Shown: in pieces, positions 16,178 through 24,752 of the stretch
How positions within the stretch are numbered: the stretch's first letter is position 1
How the letters are laid out: each line of letters opens with the position of its first letter
NCBI GenBank assembly: GCA_964522635.1
Contig: CAZFWT010000004.1
Coordinates: 11,657-50,815, forward strand
DNA: 39,159 nucleotides
Direction of reading: 5' to 3'
From: an uncultured Halobacteria archaeon
Lineage (GTDB): Archaea; Halobacteriota; Syntropharchaeia; Alkanophagales; Methanospirareceae
Notes under the pieces: model-generated
The model's database searches: none
What the model was told of the DNA's origin: nothing
Seen by the model: only the letters and a program-made list of their open reading frames with translations
Made by a program: the position numbers and the translations under genes

Positions 16178-17178
16178 TTGAGTATCGTCAACGCCTCCTG
16201 CGTAAGTCGCTCGCAGTAGCCACACTCGTTACAGATCTTCTTACAGGACTTCCAGTGACTGATGCTATCGTTGAGCTTCTTATTGTCGAGATACAGCAGG
16301 TAGCGCAGCATTTGGGGACAGTCGAGAAGATCGAGCACGTTGCCGTCGAACGAGCGATGGGCGTAGTACCGCATACAGTCAATGATCCAGTTCACCGTCT
16401 TCGTCCGTCCGGATAGCTTGAAGTCCGTAATGCCGATTGCTTCGTATACCGCGAGATCTTCGGGCCGAATCCATGCGGACTTCACGATCTGCACGGGGTC
16501 ACGCAGCCGGAGCGCGATGCATTTATCGAAATAGTAATCGGGCGCCCAGAGCGGTGTCCGCGGTTGATTGAGACTCGAGAGATGCGAAGCGAGATTGTAA
16601 TGCGAATATCTGAACGGACATCGGTAGATGCAGCCCTCGTTCACGATCAACCGCACACTACAGTTCACCGCATTCACGATCCCTTCCAGGAGGTCGAAGT
16701 GACGGTTGATGTTCGTATCAACGGTGATCATATCAGCCCCGAGCTCGTCGAAGAACCGGGCACGCTGTGGCGATTCGACGTACGCCAAGCAGGATACAAC
16801 GGTCTGCATGGGGTAGTCACGGAGCATATCCACGAGATAGGGCTCCGCAACCGTCACCGCATCAACGTTCGCTTTGTTCAGCTCCCTGAAGTACCAGGAG
16901 AACATCTTAAAGCCCTCGAACGAAAGATGGTGCCCGCCCGTGCAGGTGGCGTTCATCGTGAGGTTCATCTTGATCCCATGCTCGTGCGCGTAATCGGTCT
17001 GCTCGCGAATCTCATCGAGCAGAGGGGCATGGAGCACTCCGCGACCGCTCCCCATCACATCCGGCGAGCCGCCCATAAAGACCTCGTCCACCTCTTCCAG
17101 GCCCTCCGCCTCTTTCACCGCGATAATCTCCTGCAACGCGGCGAAATGCCCGGGATGCGGGATTTTTAAGCTCACCAT
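16174..17178 (-). CDS. Peptidase U32-family protein (UbiU/UbiV/RlhA-like putative Fe-S hydroxylase), paralog 1
   Basis: 334 aa, about 60% identical to paralog 2 by eye. Blocks: IKMNLTMNATC, VDAVTVAEPYLVDML, LGADMITVDTNINRH, RLIVNEGCIYRCPFRY, FKLSGRT. C-terminal motif CKKICNECGYC. Confidence 0.75.
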   Translation of the reverse strand: MVSLKIPHPGHFAALQEIIAVKEAEGLEEVDEVFMGGSPDVMGSGRGVLHAPLLDEIREQTDYAHEHGIKMNLTMNATCTGGHHLSFEGFKMFSWYFRELNKANVDAVTVAEPYLVDMLRDYPMQTVVSCLAYVESPQRARFFDELGADMITVDTNINRHFDLLEGIVNAVNCSVRLIVNEGCIYRCPFRYSHYNLASHLSSLNQPRTPLWAPDYYFDKCIALRLRDPVQIVKSAWIRPEDLAVYEAIGITDFKLSGRTKTVNWIIDCMRYYAHRSFDGNVLDLLDCPQMLRYLLYLDNKKLNDSISHWKSCKKICNECGYCERLTQEALTILK

Positions 17179-17205
17179 CGCGCTGATTACCAGTAAGCAC
17201 GCGCT

Positions 17206-17217
17206 CGTTAATAAGTG
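17206..17217 (-). promoter_or_regulatory. TATA-like box (cacttattaacg on the minus strand) for the U32 operon
   Basis: About 33 nt upstream of the ATG at 17178 and downstream of the mtr terminator. Confidence 0.3.
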
Positions 17218-17261
17218 TTTGACCTTCGTCTCGCTCCGCTGACGAGCACACGAAAAGCAAG

Positions 17262-17304
17262 AATACGAAAAAAAGAAAAAAGTGGGGAAAAAATAAATAC
17301 CCCA
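17262..17304 (-). terminator. mtr operon terminator: short hairpin plus oligo-U tracts
   Basis: Minus strand directly after the mtrH stop reads UAAAGUUGGGGUAUUUAUUUUUUCCCCACUUUUUUCUUUUUUUCG. The 5-bp stem is UGGGG/CCCCA and is followed by two U-runs. Archaeal termination uses oligo-T signals. Confidence 0.5.
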
Positions 17305-17307
17305 ACT

Positions 17308-18279
17308 TTAGGCCGTCATCCTTAGTATGGGATGCGGTTCCTCTGCCTCGATGTCGTGCTCTGCCTTCGCCGCCTCTGCAATGATCATGTCCGCCATACC
17401 GACCAGTGGGAACACTTTCGGGGCATTCTCGATAGGCCCATAGAGCACGAAATCGTGCCCTGCCATGATGGGCATGAGACTTGAGGCAATATCGCAGATC
17501 TTGAAGACCTCCTGGCCCAGACCTTCCCAGCCCTGGGGGCCTTTGGTCGCGTGCGCCTTCCGGAATTCCTTCAGCCAGGTCCACGCAGATGGTGCGTTGT
17601 GGATACCCAGGCCGACCGGAAGCCCGTACTTCGATTTGACGGCAAAGCCTGCGGCGACCGACATGCCGGCACCTGAGCCAATGGGAAGTGTTGCCGCGTC
17701 AATCAGCGGCTTCGTGATGCCCAGATCTCTTGAAAAAGCGACTAAGCCTTTCTCAAAAGTCCCAGGATTCTCCAGCAGATCGATCTTCCCTGCGACCGTC
17801 GAATCCTTCGGGTTGAACGCGAGCACGATCGATGCAGATACCGGTGAGTTCTTGATCGCTGCAATCTCTTCCTCCGTGCAGGAGATGTTGATCGAATTGT
17901 AGATCGCCTTCTCCGTCAGGCCGACTTCGTCCGCGTACTTGAGTCCGAACGTCTTCACCTCAGCGACCGTAGAGTCGATCAGGAAGGGCACGTCACTGAC
18001 TCCGGTACAGAATTCGATCTCCTTCTCCATCGCCTCGCCTGATTCCGAGAAGATCTGCATCACGCACGGATTGCCGGTTAAATCCGAGAACTCCTCCTGC
18101 TTCTTCAAGACGTCTTCCGCCGCTTTCTTGTCAAAGATGCCCTTATCCGGATCTTCAACCAGATAGTGCTTCGCATAGAAGATCGTGCCGCAGAGAACCG
18201 TTGCGTGTTGCCCTGGCTGGCCGCCTATCTTCATTCCCGCGATGTCAAATACCTTCTGGTCCTTATCAAATAGATACAT
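17308..18279 (-). CDS. mtrH: Tetrahydromethanopterin S-methyltransferase subunit H
   Basis: 323 aa. Begins MYLFDKDQKVFDIAGMKIGGQPGQHATVLCGTIFY.... Last gene in the canonical mtrEDCBAFGH order. Confidence 0.9.
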   Translation of the reverse strand: MYLFDKDQKVFDIAGMKIGGQPGQHATVLCGTIFYAKHYLVEDPDKGIFDKKAAEDVLKKQEEFSDLTGNPCVMQIFSESGEAMEKEIEFCTGVSDVPFLIDSTVAEVKTFGLKYADEVGLTEKAIYNSINISCTEEEIAAIKNSPVSASIVLAFNPKDSTVAGKIDLLENPGTFEKGLVAFSRDLGITKPLIDAATLPIGSGAGMSVAAGFAVKSKYGLPVGLGIHNAPSAWTWLKEFRKAHATKGPQGWEGLGQEVFKICDIASSLMPIMAGHDFVLYGPIENAPKVFPLVGMADMIIAEAAKAEHDIEAEEPHPILRMTA

Positions 18280-18303
18280 CCTTTCTTCTTCCTCCTTTTT
18301 GTG

Positions 18304-18570
18304 CTATAGCATGAACAACACATACGCGACTATTCCGATTAGTGCGCCGTACAATAGGCCCATAATCAAACCTAGCTTCTCTCCCTGTCGCTGCCACAGC
18401 TCGCCAGCGACGAATTCCACGCGATCGTCCATGTTGTTGATGCGGGCCATCAGCTTGGGGTACTCTGGAGAGGCTATGCTTACCGGAACAGACAATTCCT
18501 TCAGCTCCTCCTCGAGCTCAGCTAACAGTTCTGCTTCGAGCTCCTTTTCCCGTTCCTTCTCTTCACTCAT
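18304..18570 (-). CDS. mtrG: Tetrahydromethanopterin S-methyltransferase subunit G
   Basis: 88 aa with an acidic N-terminus, ...RVEFVAGELWQRQGEKLG... and a single C-terminal TM helix. Position is between mtrF and mtrH. Confidence 0.85.
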   Translation of the reverse strand: MSEEKEREKELEAELLAELEEELKELSVPVSIASPEYPKLMARINNMDDRVEFVAGELWQRQGEKLGLIMGLLYGALIGIVAYVLFML

Positions 18571-18585
18571 TTTTCTTCTCCTCTT

Positions 18586-18777
18586 TTACATCAGCAACTT
18601 CAGCCCGACTGAGAGAAAACTCAGGAATAGCCCGATGGCAAAGCCCTTGACGAAGCCGACCCAGAGTCCCGCTGCGAATCGATTATCACGACCAATCATG
18701 GTGATGAAATGCTTGAGCAGCTCGATTCGTGCCGTGATCAACGCAGTCTCAGGTGTATTTTGGATTACTTTCGCCAT
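18586..18777 (-). CDS. mtrF: Tetrahydromethanopterin S-methyltransferase subunit F
   Basis: 63 aa with a C-terminal TM helix. It immediately abuts the mtrA stop. Confidence 0.8.
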   Translation of the reverse strand: MAKVIQNTPETALITARIELLKHFITMIGRDNRFAAGLWVGFVKGFAIGLFLSFLSVGLKLLM

Positions 18778-19515
18778 TTAGATCACCCCCAGGATGAGCG
18801 GCATCAGAAAGATGAACGCACTGATCAGCCCTGCGATGAGCCCGAGGAACGCGTTTCTGGAGAGCCCTGAGGTCAACTTTTGATCACGCGCGATCAACTG
18901 TGCCTTGTAGGTACATGCCTGCGCGGCCCGGTTGACGGTATCCATCGATGGCGAGGCAGGTCTGGCCAGCGGCATCGCTAATGCAGCACCCACGACCGCT
19001 TCCTCGCCGCCCAGCTTTACGATCAGCGGATCCTCCGGAAAGGCGCCGGGATCTTTTGCCTGTAGCTCCTTTACCTTCGCATTCAGCTTGCCGTAGTCCT
19101 CCTCACCCATCATATCAATGACTTCCACGATCTGCTCTCTGAATCGCTCGATCGCCTTTGTCGGCAGGTTCTCGATGAACGGAATGGCGCCTTTGGTCCC
19201 AATGACCTTATGCGTTGCAGGATCGATCCCGTTCTTGTACAGCGCCATGTGCGTTTCGCCGCTCAGGTGCCCGGGAACTTCCGCCCCGGCACAAATGATG
19301 AATCGGATGTTCGGATTTGAGACGATATTCGCCATGATCTTCTCCAACCCGATGTTCTCCGTCTTATCCGGTCCCTGGATGGCGACTCCTTTCAAGTGCT
19401 CGATATGGAAATACGACCCGTTTGAGGAGATGGCAACGCAACTCATCGGATCACCAACCTCGTAGTCACCGGTGATAAAGGGCCATCCATCCGGAACTTC
19501 TTTCTTCTCTGCCAT
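18778..19515 (-). CDS. mtrA: Tetrahydromethanopterin S-methyltransferase subunit A (corrinoid-binding)
   Basis: 245 aa. Begins MAEKKEVPDGWPFITGDYEVGDP... and contains ...IRFIICAGAEVPGHLSGE.... Has a C-terminal TM anchor. Confidence 0.92.
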   Translation of the reverse strand: MAEKKEVPDGWPFITGDYEVGDPMSCVAISSNGSYFHIEHLKGVAIQGPDKTENIGLEKIMANIVSNPNIRFIICAGAEVPGHLSGETHMALYKNGIDPATHKVIGTKGAIPFIENLPTKAIERFREQIVEVIDMMGEEDYGKLNAKVKELQAKDPGAFPEDPLIVKLGGEEAVVGAALAMPLARPASPSMDTVNRAAQACTYKAQLIARDQKLTSGLSRNAFLGLIAGLISAFIFLMPLILGVI

Positions 19516-19516
19516 G

Positions 19517-19816
19517 TTATACGCCTCCTAATGCTAAGAAGATCAGGGCGATGGCAAGGATACCAAAGGTCACGCCGAGCATGAAGAAGGTCGTGAACCC
19601 CGCCTTTGACATCATGCCCTCCCTGTTCGGCTGTGCGATCTTGAAACTGCTGGTAGGATCAAGGGTGTTCAAGAGCTCATCCACGGCATCCTCGATGACA
19701 TCAAGCTGCTCCTCGAGCGGCGACATGCTCACCTTGTAGAACCCTGCTCGGGCCTCGCCGACCCGCATCAAGTCTGGATCCAGTACAACCCCACATTCAT
19801 CACAAATGGTTATCAT
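19517..19816 (-). CDS. mtrB: Tetrahydromethanopterin S-methyltransferase subunit B
   Basis: 99 aa with a C-terminal TM helix. Position is between mtrC and mtrA. Confidence 0.85.
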   Translation of the reverse strand: MITICDECGVVLDPDLMRVGEARAGFYKVSMSPLEEQLDVIEDAVDELLNTLDPTSSFKIAQPNREGMMSKAGFTTFFMLGVTFGILAIALIFLALGGV

Positions 19817-19835
19817 GTGTCTTCTTGTTCCTCCT

Positions 19836-20702
19836 TTAATCCAGCGTCGTGATCATTCCCGTGCCCACCGTCGCATAGCACTCGTTCATACAGGCTCTGA
19901 TGAACTTCACGTAGAAGTACGCCCATACGATCAGCCCGAAGATGATGAGAGAGATACCGTCCCACGCGCCCAGGCCTCGCCCGAGCACGAACATCGCTGC
20001 TCCCAGGATAATGCAGATCAAACCCGAAATCTCTATGGAGACCATCCGTGTGCGCTCGCGTTGCTCGTCAGGTCCGAGACAGGCGTTGTACGGATGGAAC
20101 ATCCCCATCGCGGTAAAGATGAAGATGAATGCCGCGACGCCGGTCTCGAATACCCAGGTCACCACCTCGCCGAACTCCAGGGTACCGGTGATGATGGAGA
20201 ATTGGAGTAAGACCGCCAGTGTGCCGGCTATGCCCAATTCGCCCATCGCTCGTATCAAATGCGGGATTTTCATCGCGATGTATTTCTCATCATTCCCGAA
20301 GTACCCGGAGACGAGGCCAATCACACCCATGACGATGGCCCCGATCAGGGCCGCGGGATAGATCCCTAATCGCGGGATCGCACCGTACTCGATGACCGCC
20401 AGGCCCATCAACGCCCCGATGAACCCATATCCCGTCCCCAGGACGCCGATAGAGGGCACGCCGGTGCCTAATCCGTACTTCGAGGTCTTCCGGACCGAGT
20501 CATTGCCCCAGAGTATCGCACAGACCAGCCCGATTCCCTTGATCACCGCGGGCAGTCCCGTGAAGATCACGACGATCGCGGCAATGACACCTAAGATGAT
20601 CGCCATCTCTGTCTCTTCGAAGGGGTATTTGAAGGACAACCTTTTCTTCGGTGCTACTGCTTCTTCCTCTTCTTCCTCTACTGCTGCTGGTGTTACTGTC
20701 AT
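19836..20702 (-). CDS. mtrC: Tetrahydromethanopterin S-methyltransferase subunit C
   Basis: 288 aa polytopic membrane protein. Position is between mtrD and mtrB. It has an acidic N-terminal extension (VEEEEEEAV). Confidence 0.88.
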   Translation of the reverse strand: MTVTPAAVEEEEEEAVAPKKRLSFKYPFEETEMAIILGVIAAIVVIFTGLPAVIKGIGLVCAILWGNDSVRKTSKYGLGTGVPSIGVLGTGYGFIGALMGLAVIEYGAIPRLGIYPAALIGAIVMGVIGLVSGYFGNDEKYIAMKIPHLIRAMGELGIAGTLAVLLQFSIITGTLEFGEVVTWVFETGVAAFIFIFTAMGMFHPYNACLGPDEQRERTRMVSIEISGLICIILGAAMFVLGRGLGAWDGISLIIFGLIVWAYFYVKFIRACMNECYATVGTGMITTLD

Positions 20703-20706
20703 ATTA

Positions 20707-21405
20707 TTATAGTCCTCCCAAACCTATCGTCGCAAGCACGACCACGATACCGGCGAGTAACGAGACGGCTAACGACGCGATGAGCGCTTTGGGCAGTCGC
20801 TTGAACTTCGGATCGTGGAATCCCTCGATCGTCCCGCGGATGTTGTAAGCTGCGAGAATCGCATTGGCCACGAAGATGGAGAGTGCAGCAATTGCCGCCG
20901 TGCCCGGTGTGAATTTGGAGTAGTTCAGCAGGGTCCAGTACATGAGTGCACCACCGAACCCACCGAAGAACCCACCCATAGTGCCCGAGACGAAGACCAC
21001 GTTCGGTACGCCGTGCCCATCGGTCTGTGGGGTTTTATACTCCTTCTGCGACTCCTTGGTCACAGGATCCACATCCACACGACCGGAGATCGGGAGCACG
21101 CCACAGCCAAACGCATACAGGATATTCGCCATGAACATCACCACGCAGATCATGATCGTCGCACCGACCGCGCCTGATAGCGCGACCAGCCAGAGGCTAT
21201 CGGTGAACGTCGCCACGTTTGCCGCGGTGAATAACCCGGTCAACGCCGCGCCGAGCATGATCTGAACGGTTCCCGTCGCAATCCCTGTTGCAGTGCCCAT
21301 GGCCGCGGGGGCACCGCCCACTGGTAAGAGGTGTGCACCTAAACTCGCCAGTAACCCACCAATCACCACATATACCACGATAAATATCGCTATTATTGGG
21401 TCCAT
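20707..21405 (-). CDS. mtrD: Tetrahydromethanopterin S-methyltransferase subunit D
   Basis: 232 aa polytopic membrane protein. The length matches MtrD, and it lies between mtrE and mtrC. Confidence 0.88.
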   Translation of the reverse strand: MDPIIAIFIVVYVVIGGLLASLGAHLLPVGGAPAAMGTATGIATGTVQIMLGAALTGLFTAANVATFTDSLWLVALSGAVGATIMICVVMFMANILYAFGCGVLPISGRVDVDPVTKESQKEYKTPQTDGHGVPNVVFVSGTMGGFFGGFGGALMYWTLLNYSKFTPGTAAIAALSIFVANAILAAYNIRGTIEGFHDPKFKRLPKALIASLAVSLLAGIVVVLATIGLGGL

Positions 21406-21412
21406 CTTCTTA

Positions 21413-22384
21413 TCACACTCCTACGAAAGGTCCACATTTCGCTCGTACCCACCTAACGAAGATCACGTTGCCCACGACGAACGCCGCCACTATCAGAAGT
21501 CCAACGACGATGCCGCCGATCGCTGCCATATCGCCGCCCATGGTCAGGTTCGGTAAGAAGCCGCCGAGCATCATTCCCACCAGCGTCCGCCAGTTCTCGA
21601 AGAGAATGATGAGCCCGAAGGTCATCCCCGTACAGGGGCCACCGAACTTCGCGCAGAAGCTTGCAATGTCCTTCTGTGTCCGTATCCCGCATTCCGCGTA
21701 TCGTGTGATCTTACCGTGGTACACCACACGTTTACCCTCACCGAACGGTCTGTCCTGGAACTCGCGCTCCGTTCCGTAATGCACATCACCGGTTGAGGAT
21801 CCGATTGAGCCGACCGTAATGCCCCAGATGAAGCCCAGCAAGGGTAAGGCAAACGGATGGTTCAGCGCCGGATTCCCTGAGAGTGTCCCCACGTTGCTCT
21901 GAATGTATGCAATACTGGTAATACAGAACGTCGTCATAAACCCGTGCGTGGCAATAGGTAGCAGGTGGCCATAGAACACATCGAGATAAATAGGCTGTGA
22001 GAATCGCTTCTGCGCCGCTGTCCTGCCGCAGTGCGCGGTCGTCGCGAAGATCATGTGGATAAGCGCGGCTCCTGCGACACCCAGAGGGATCGCAACGACC
22101 GCGGCCTTCCACGGAGCATCAGGAACCAGGGGTTCAAGCTTCAGCAAGAACATCCAGGCGATGGTCCCTGCGACCGCGCAATACATAGCATTCGATAGCG
22201 GCTCACCGGAAATCGCTTTGTTAAAGAATCGATGTACCTGACCGACCTGTGCTGCCAGTTGCACCTGCGAGTTTGGATTGCTCTGAGATCCAATATCTGA
22301 CTCGATGTCCTCGAACGTGCACGCAATGAACGCCAGGAACGCTATCACTAACATCCATGCAAAAAGCAACACTACTTGTAGCAT
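21413..22384 (-). CDS. mtrE: Tetrahydromethanopterin S-methyltransferase subunit E
   Basis: 323 aa. The N-terminal ...FEDIESDIGSQSNPNSQVQLAAQ... is the conserved MtrE motif. It is the first gene of the operon. Confidence 0.9.
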   Translation of the reverse strand: MLQVVLLFAWMLVIAFLAFIACTFEDIESDIGSQSNPNSQVQLAAQVGQVHRFFNKAISGEPLSNAMYCAVAGTIAWMFLLKLEPLVPDAPWKAAVVAIPLGVAGAALIHMIFATTAHCGRTAAQKRFSQPIYLDVFYGHLLPIATHGFMTTFCITSIAYIQSNVGTLSGNPALNHPFALPLLGFIWGITVGSIGSSTGDVHYGTEREFQDRPFGEGKRVVYHGKITRYAECGIRTQKDIASFCAKFGGPCTGMTFGLIILFENWRTLVGMMLGGFLPNLTMGGDMAAIGGIVVGLLIVAAFVVGNVIFVRWVRAKCGPFVGV

Positions 22385-22404
22385 GAATGAGAGATTGCGG
22401 GAGT

Positions 22405-22425
22405 CCTCTTAAAAAGGTTTCTCTT
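22405..22425 (-). promoter_or_regulatory. Candidate BRE/TATA for the mtr operon
   Basis: Minus strand reads agaaacctttttaagagg about 30 nt upstream of the mtrE ATG. This is a weak call. Confidence 0.25.
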
Positions 22426-22700
22426 TTTCGCTACGCCACGGTGAGCAAAGATGGAGGTAGAGACGAAGTACCTTTCGGTTTGGATGACGGGTGTTACCCA
22501 AACGGGTTTGCTATGGCCCGCACCGCACGCTCGCGCTCACGAATGGACATACAAAGCAAGCGAGCTCACGCCACGCCGCAACGCAGATAGTCACTCGCGG
22601 CGCGCGTGCGCACCGAGCAAAAACGAAAGGTTTATTTCGCAGCCGCGGTGTCTTATATGTTTTACTTACGTACACAGGGGTAGGGGATGACCAGTCAAGG

Positions 22701-24140
22701 ATGGGCCTTTTTAAGAAGAAGCACAAGCCAAAAGTGCTGAAATCCGAAAAGATCAGTTATTCTGATTTGTATTTCACTTTACGGCTGTCTCGTGGGGAGA
22801 TGTCCATCAAACCGCTCTTCATTGTGGCCAGTGTCGAACTGGGAAACAGCACGACGAAAGCGATCCTCACGGCCACGGACCTGGAATGTGGACGGACGTA
22901 TATTCTTGCGAAAGCGGTGCGGATGACGCGGGAGGCGCTATCGAAGCGTGAGGTTTTCTGCCATACCATCAGCCTGGTGGACCTCTCTGAGGACTCGATA
23001 GCGAACCTGGTGAAGGAGACCCTGCTGGAATGCACGCACTCCGCAGGGCTCAGCATCGAGGATGTGCAGTTCGTGGTGCGATCCACCGGCGTGACGGCCT
23101 GTTTCGAGACGATCAATGAGGTAGCAGGCGTGATAAAGGCTCTGGCAAGGGGCTGTCTGCTCGCGGGTGTGCCACCCCGGAAGATGGTCTCGCCCATGGG
23201 TATAGAGAATATCGTCCCTGAATTGCGGCCCTTCTCGCGCCTCGATCGCACCTACTTTGACGGCGCGGTGACCGGGAACATTCCACCTGGCGGTGAGTCG
23301 ATTGTGGGTAACGAGATGGAAGGCGAGCTCGTGACGGCGGGACTAAAGGAAGCGGCAAAATGGTTGGCGGTGGATTACCGCAACCCGGTGCTCTCACTGG
23401 ATTTCGGCACGACCCTCGCCGGTCGCATCACCGATGCAAACACGCCCTACGCGCGCGTGATCGGGAGTTATTGTGGTCTGGCGGGCGCCATTCCGGACGC
23501 CCTGGTCTCGAAGGTGATCGCTGTGGACTTCCCTTCGGTGCTCGATCTGGCGCTGAAAAGCGTGCCGGGGAAGCGGCTGAAAAAAAGTGAGAAGCAGCGT
23601 TATGTGGAGGAGATCCGCGAACAGCTCTGGATCGGTCGAGTGGCAAGCGGAGCTACCAGAGTTGGCGGCGTTCCCGTGAACGTGGATGCGGCAGAGCGGA
23701 ATAATGTCGTGCTCATCGGGGCCGACGCCGGGAAGAACCTCTCGAATCTACCAGCAATCGCGGATATTGGGGCTCGGCTCGTGACTGATGTTGGCGTACA
23801 AGCCCTGCTTCCGGTGATCGATGAGCTGGCCGCATGCGTCACCATGGATCTGGTGCGGATCGCGAAGGAGGAGGATTTGATCCTTAAGCATACTAAGATC
23901 GGGATCACCGGACGCGCAGGCATCACGGGCAGGAAGCCTGATCTCGTCGTGAAGCAGTTAAGCGATCTGTTTGGGCGCAGCATGGACTCGGAGGTCATCT
24001 TTGCCGACGATGCGCTGGCTCGCGGTGCTGCGGTCCTCGGCCGCTGCATGCATCAGTTCGGCACCATGAAGAATCCGATCGGGGGGGTTCAAGGTCATGG
24101 CTGCCTCTTCGGCCAGCGGGTGAAATTGCAGAGAAAGTAA
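22701..24140 (+). CDS. Methanogenesis-marker actin-fold ATPase (DdrA/EutA-like N-terminus; Mmp14/Mmp15-type, exact family needs an HMM)
   Basis: The track ORF starts at 22491, but that part reads through the promoter region. The in-frame ATG at 22701 (MGLFKKKH...) or 22800 (MSIKPLFIVASVELGNSTTKAILT...) is more likely. GNSTTK is a phosphate-1 motif like the GNSSTE of diol-dehydratase reactivase. The gene sits directly upstream of the Mmp17-like and Mmp7-like genes. Confidence 0.6.
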   Translation: MGLFKKKHKPKVLKSEKISYSDLYFTLRLSRGEMSIKPLFIVASVELGNSTTKAILTATDLECGRTYILAKAVRMTREALSKREVFCHTISLVDLSEDSIANLVKETLLECTHSAGLSIEDVQFVVRSTGVTACFETINEVAGVIKALARGCLLAGVPPRKMVSPMGIENIVPELRPFSRLDRTYFDGAVTGNIPPGGESIVGNEMEGELVTAGLKEAAKWLAVDYRNPVLSLDFGTTLAGRITDANTPYARVIGSYCGLAGAIPDALVSKVIAVDFPSVLDLALKSVPGKRLKKSEKQRYVEEIREQLWIGRVASGATRVGGVPVNVDAAERNNVVLIGADAGKNLSNLPAIADIGARLVTDVGVQALLPVIDELAACVTMDLVRIAKEEDLILKHTKIGITGRAGITGRKPDLVVKQLSDLFGRSMDSEVIFADDALARGAAVLGRCMHQFGTMKNPIGGVQGHGCLFGQRVKLQRK

Positions 24141-24143
24141 CTA

Positions 24144-24157
24144 TCTATATATAAATG
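24144..24157 (+). promoter_or_regulatory. TATA box (tctatatataaatg) upstream of the Mmp17-like gene
   Basis: Strong TATA element about 50 nt upstream of the ATG at 24201. A GAGG lies 5 nt before the ATG. Confidence 0.35.
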
Positions 24158-24200
24158 AGTCCTGCGAACATTAGGTTATTGTAGCACGGAGCATGAGGTC

Positions 24201-24749
24201 ATGGAGATAAAGGTGGAAGGTGGTGATGAATTTGCTAACGTCTCATATGAGAAGATCAGCAGGGATACGTTCCGGGATTTGGGTATCGGATCGAGCATCG
24301 ATAACGCTTATCTGTATTTAAATCCTGAAGAGCACGTGTTCATCATATCGATCACGATCGGACGGGTGGCAAGCCCGGTAAGAGTGGGCGATGTCGCCAG
24401 TATCGAGAAGAATACGCTCCGGATCGGCGATGAGAAATACGCGCCTAAGCTGCTCTCCTTGTTGTGGGACAGGTTCGGAAAGCGCGCACAGCAGTTGAGC
24501 AGACTGGTGATCGAGCTGGACGTGGAAGAGAAGGAGCTAACTGCGTTAACGGAGCTGGTGATCTACGATCCGCGCGAGGATCTCATCGCGCGCATACTGG
24601 ATGCCATCGATAGAATCCTGCCTGAAGGTGCCCGGGTTCGGTACCCCATACCCGCAGATCATGCCGTTGCGATCATTGCCTCGGAGGACGCGATCAGCGA
24701 GGAGTGGAAGCAGCGAGCGATGGAGCTTGTGGGGCCAAAGGTGAGCTAA
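24201..24749 (+). CDS. Methanogenesis marker protein 17-like
   Basis: 182 aa. Size and position, immediately upstream of the Mmp7-like gene, fit Mmp17. The assignment rests on context rather than motif. Confidence 0.5.
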   Translation: MEIKVEGGDEFANVSYEKISRDTFRDLGIGSSIDNAYLYLNPEEHVFIISITIGRVASPVRVGDVASIEKNTLRIGDEKYAPKLLSLLWDRFGKRAQQLSRLVIELDVEEKELTALTELVIYDPREDLIARILDAIDRILPEGARVRYPIPADHAVAIIASEDAISEEWKQRAMELVGPKVS

Positions 24750-24752
24750 TGA

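Noticed and set aside
17012-17584. 190-aa minus-strand ORF spanning the U32 start, the intergenic terminator region and the mtrH 3' end.
   Set aside because: It overlaps two solid genes in other frames and crosses the terminator and promoter spacer. Its composition is Gly/Arg-rich and implausible.
22491-22700. N-terminal 70-codon extension of the marker ATPase ORF given in the track.
   Set aside because: The extension runs through the mtrE-divergent promoter region, which contains TATA-like elements at 22624-22638 and 22651-22665. It encodes Arg/Thr/Ala-rich sequence with no family resemblance. The internal ATGs at 22701 or 22800 are preferred.
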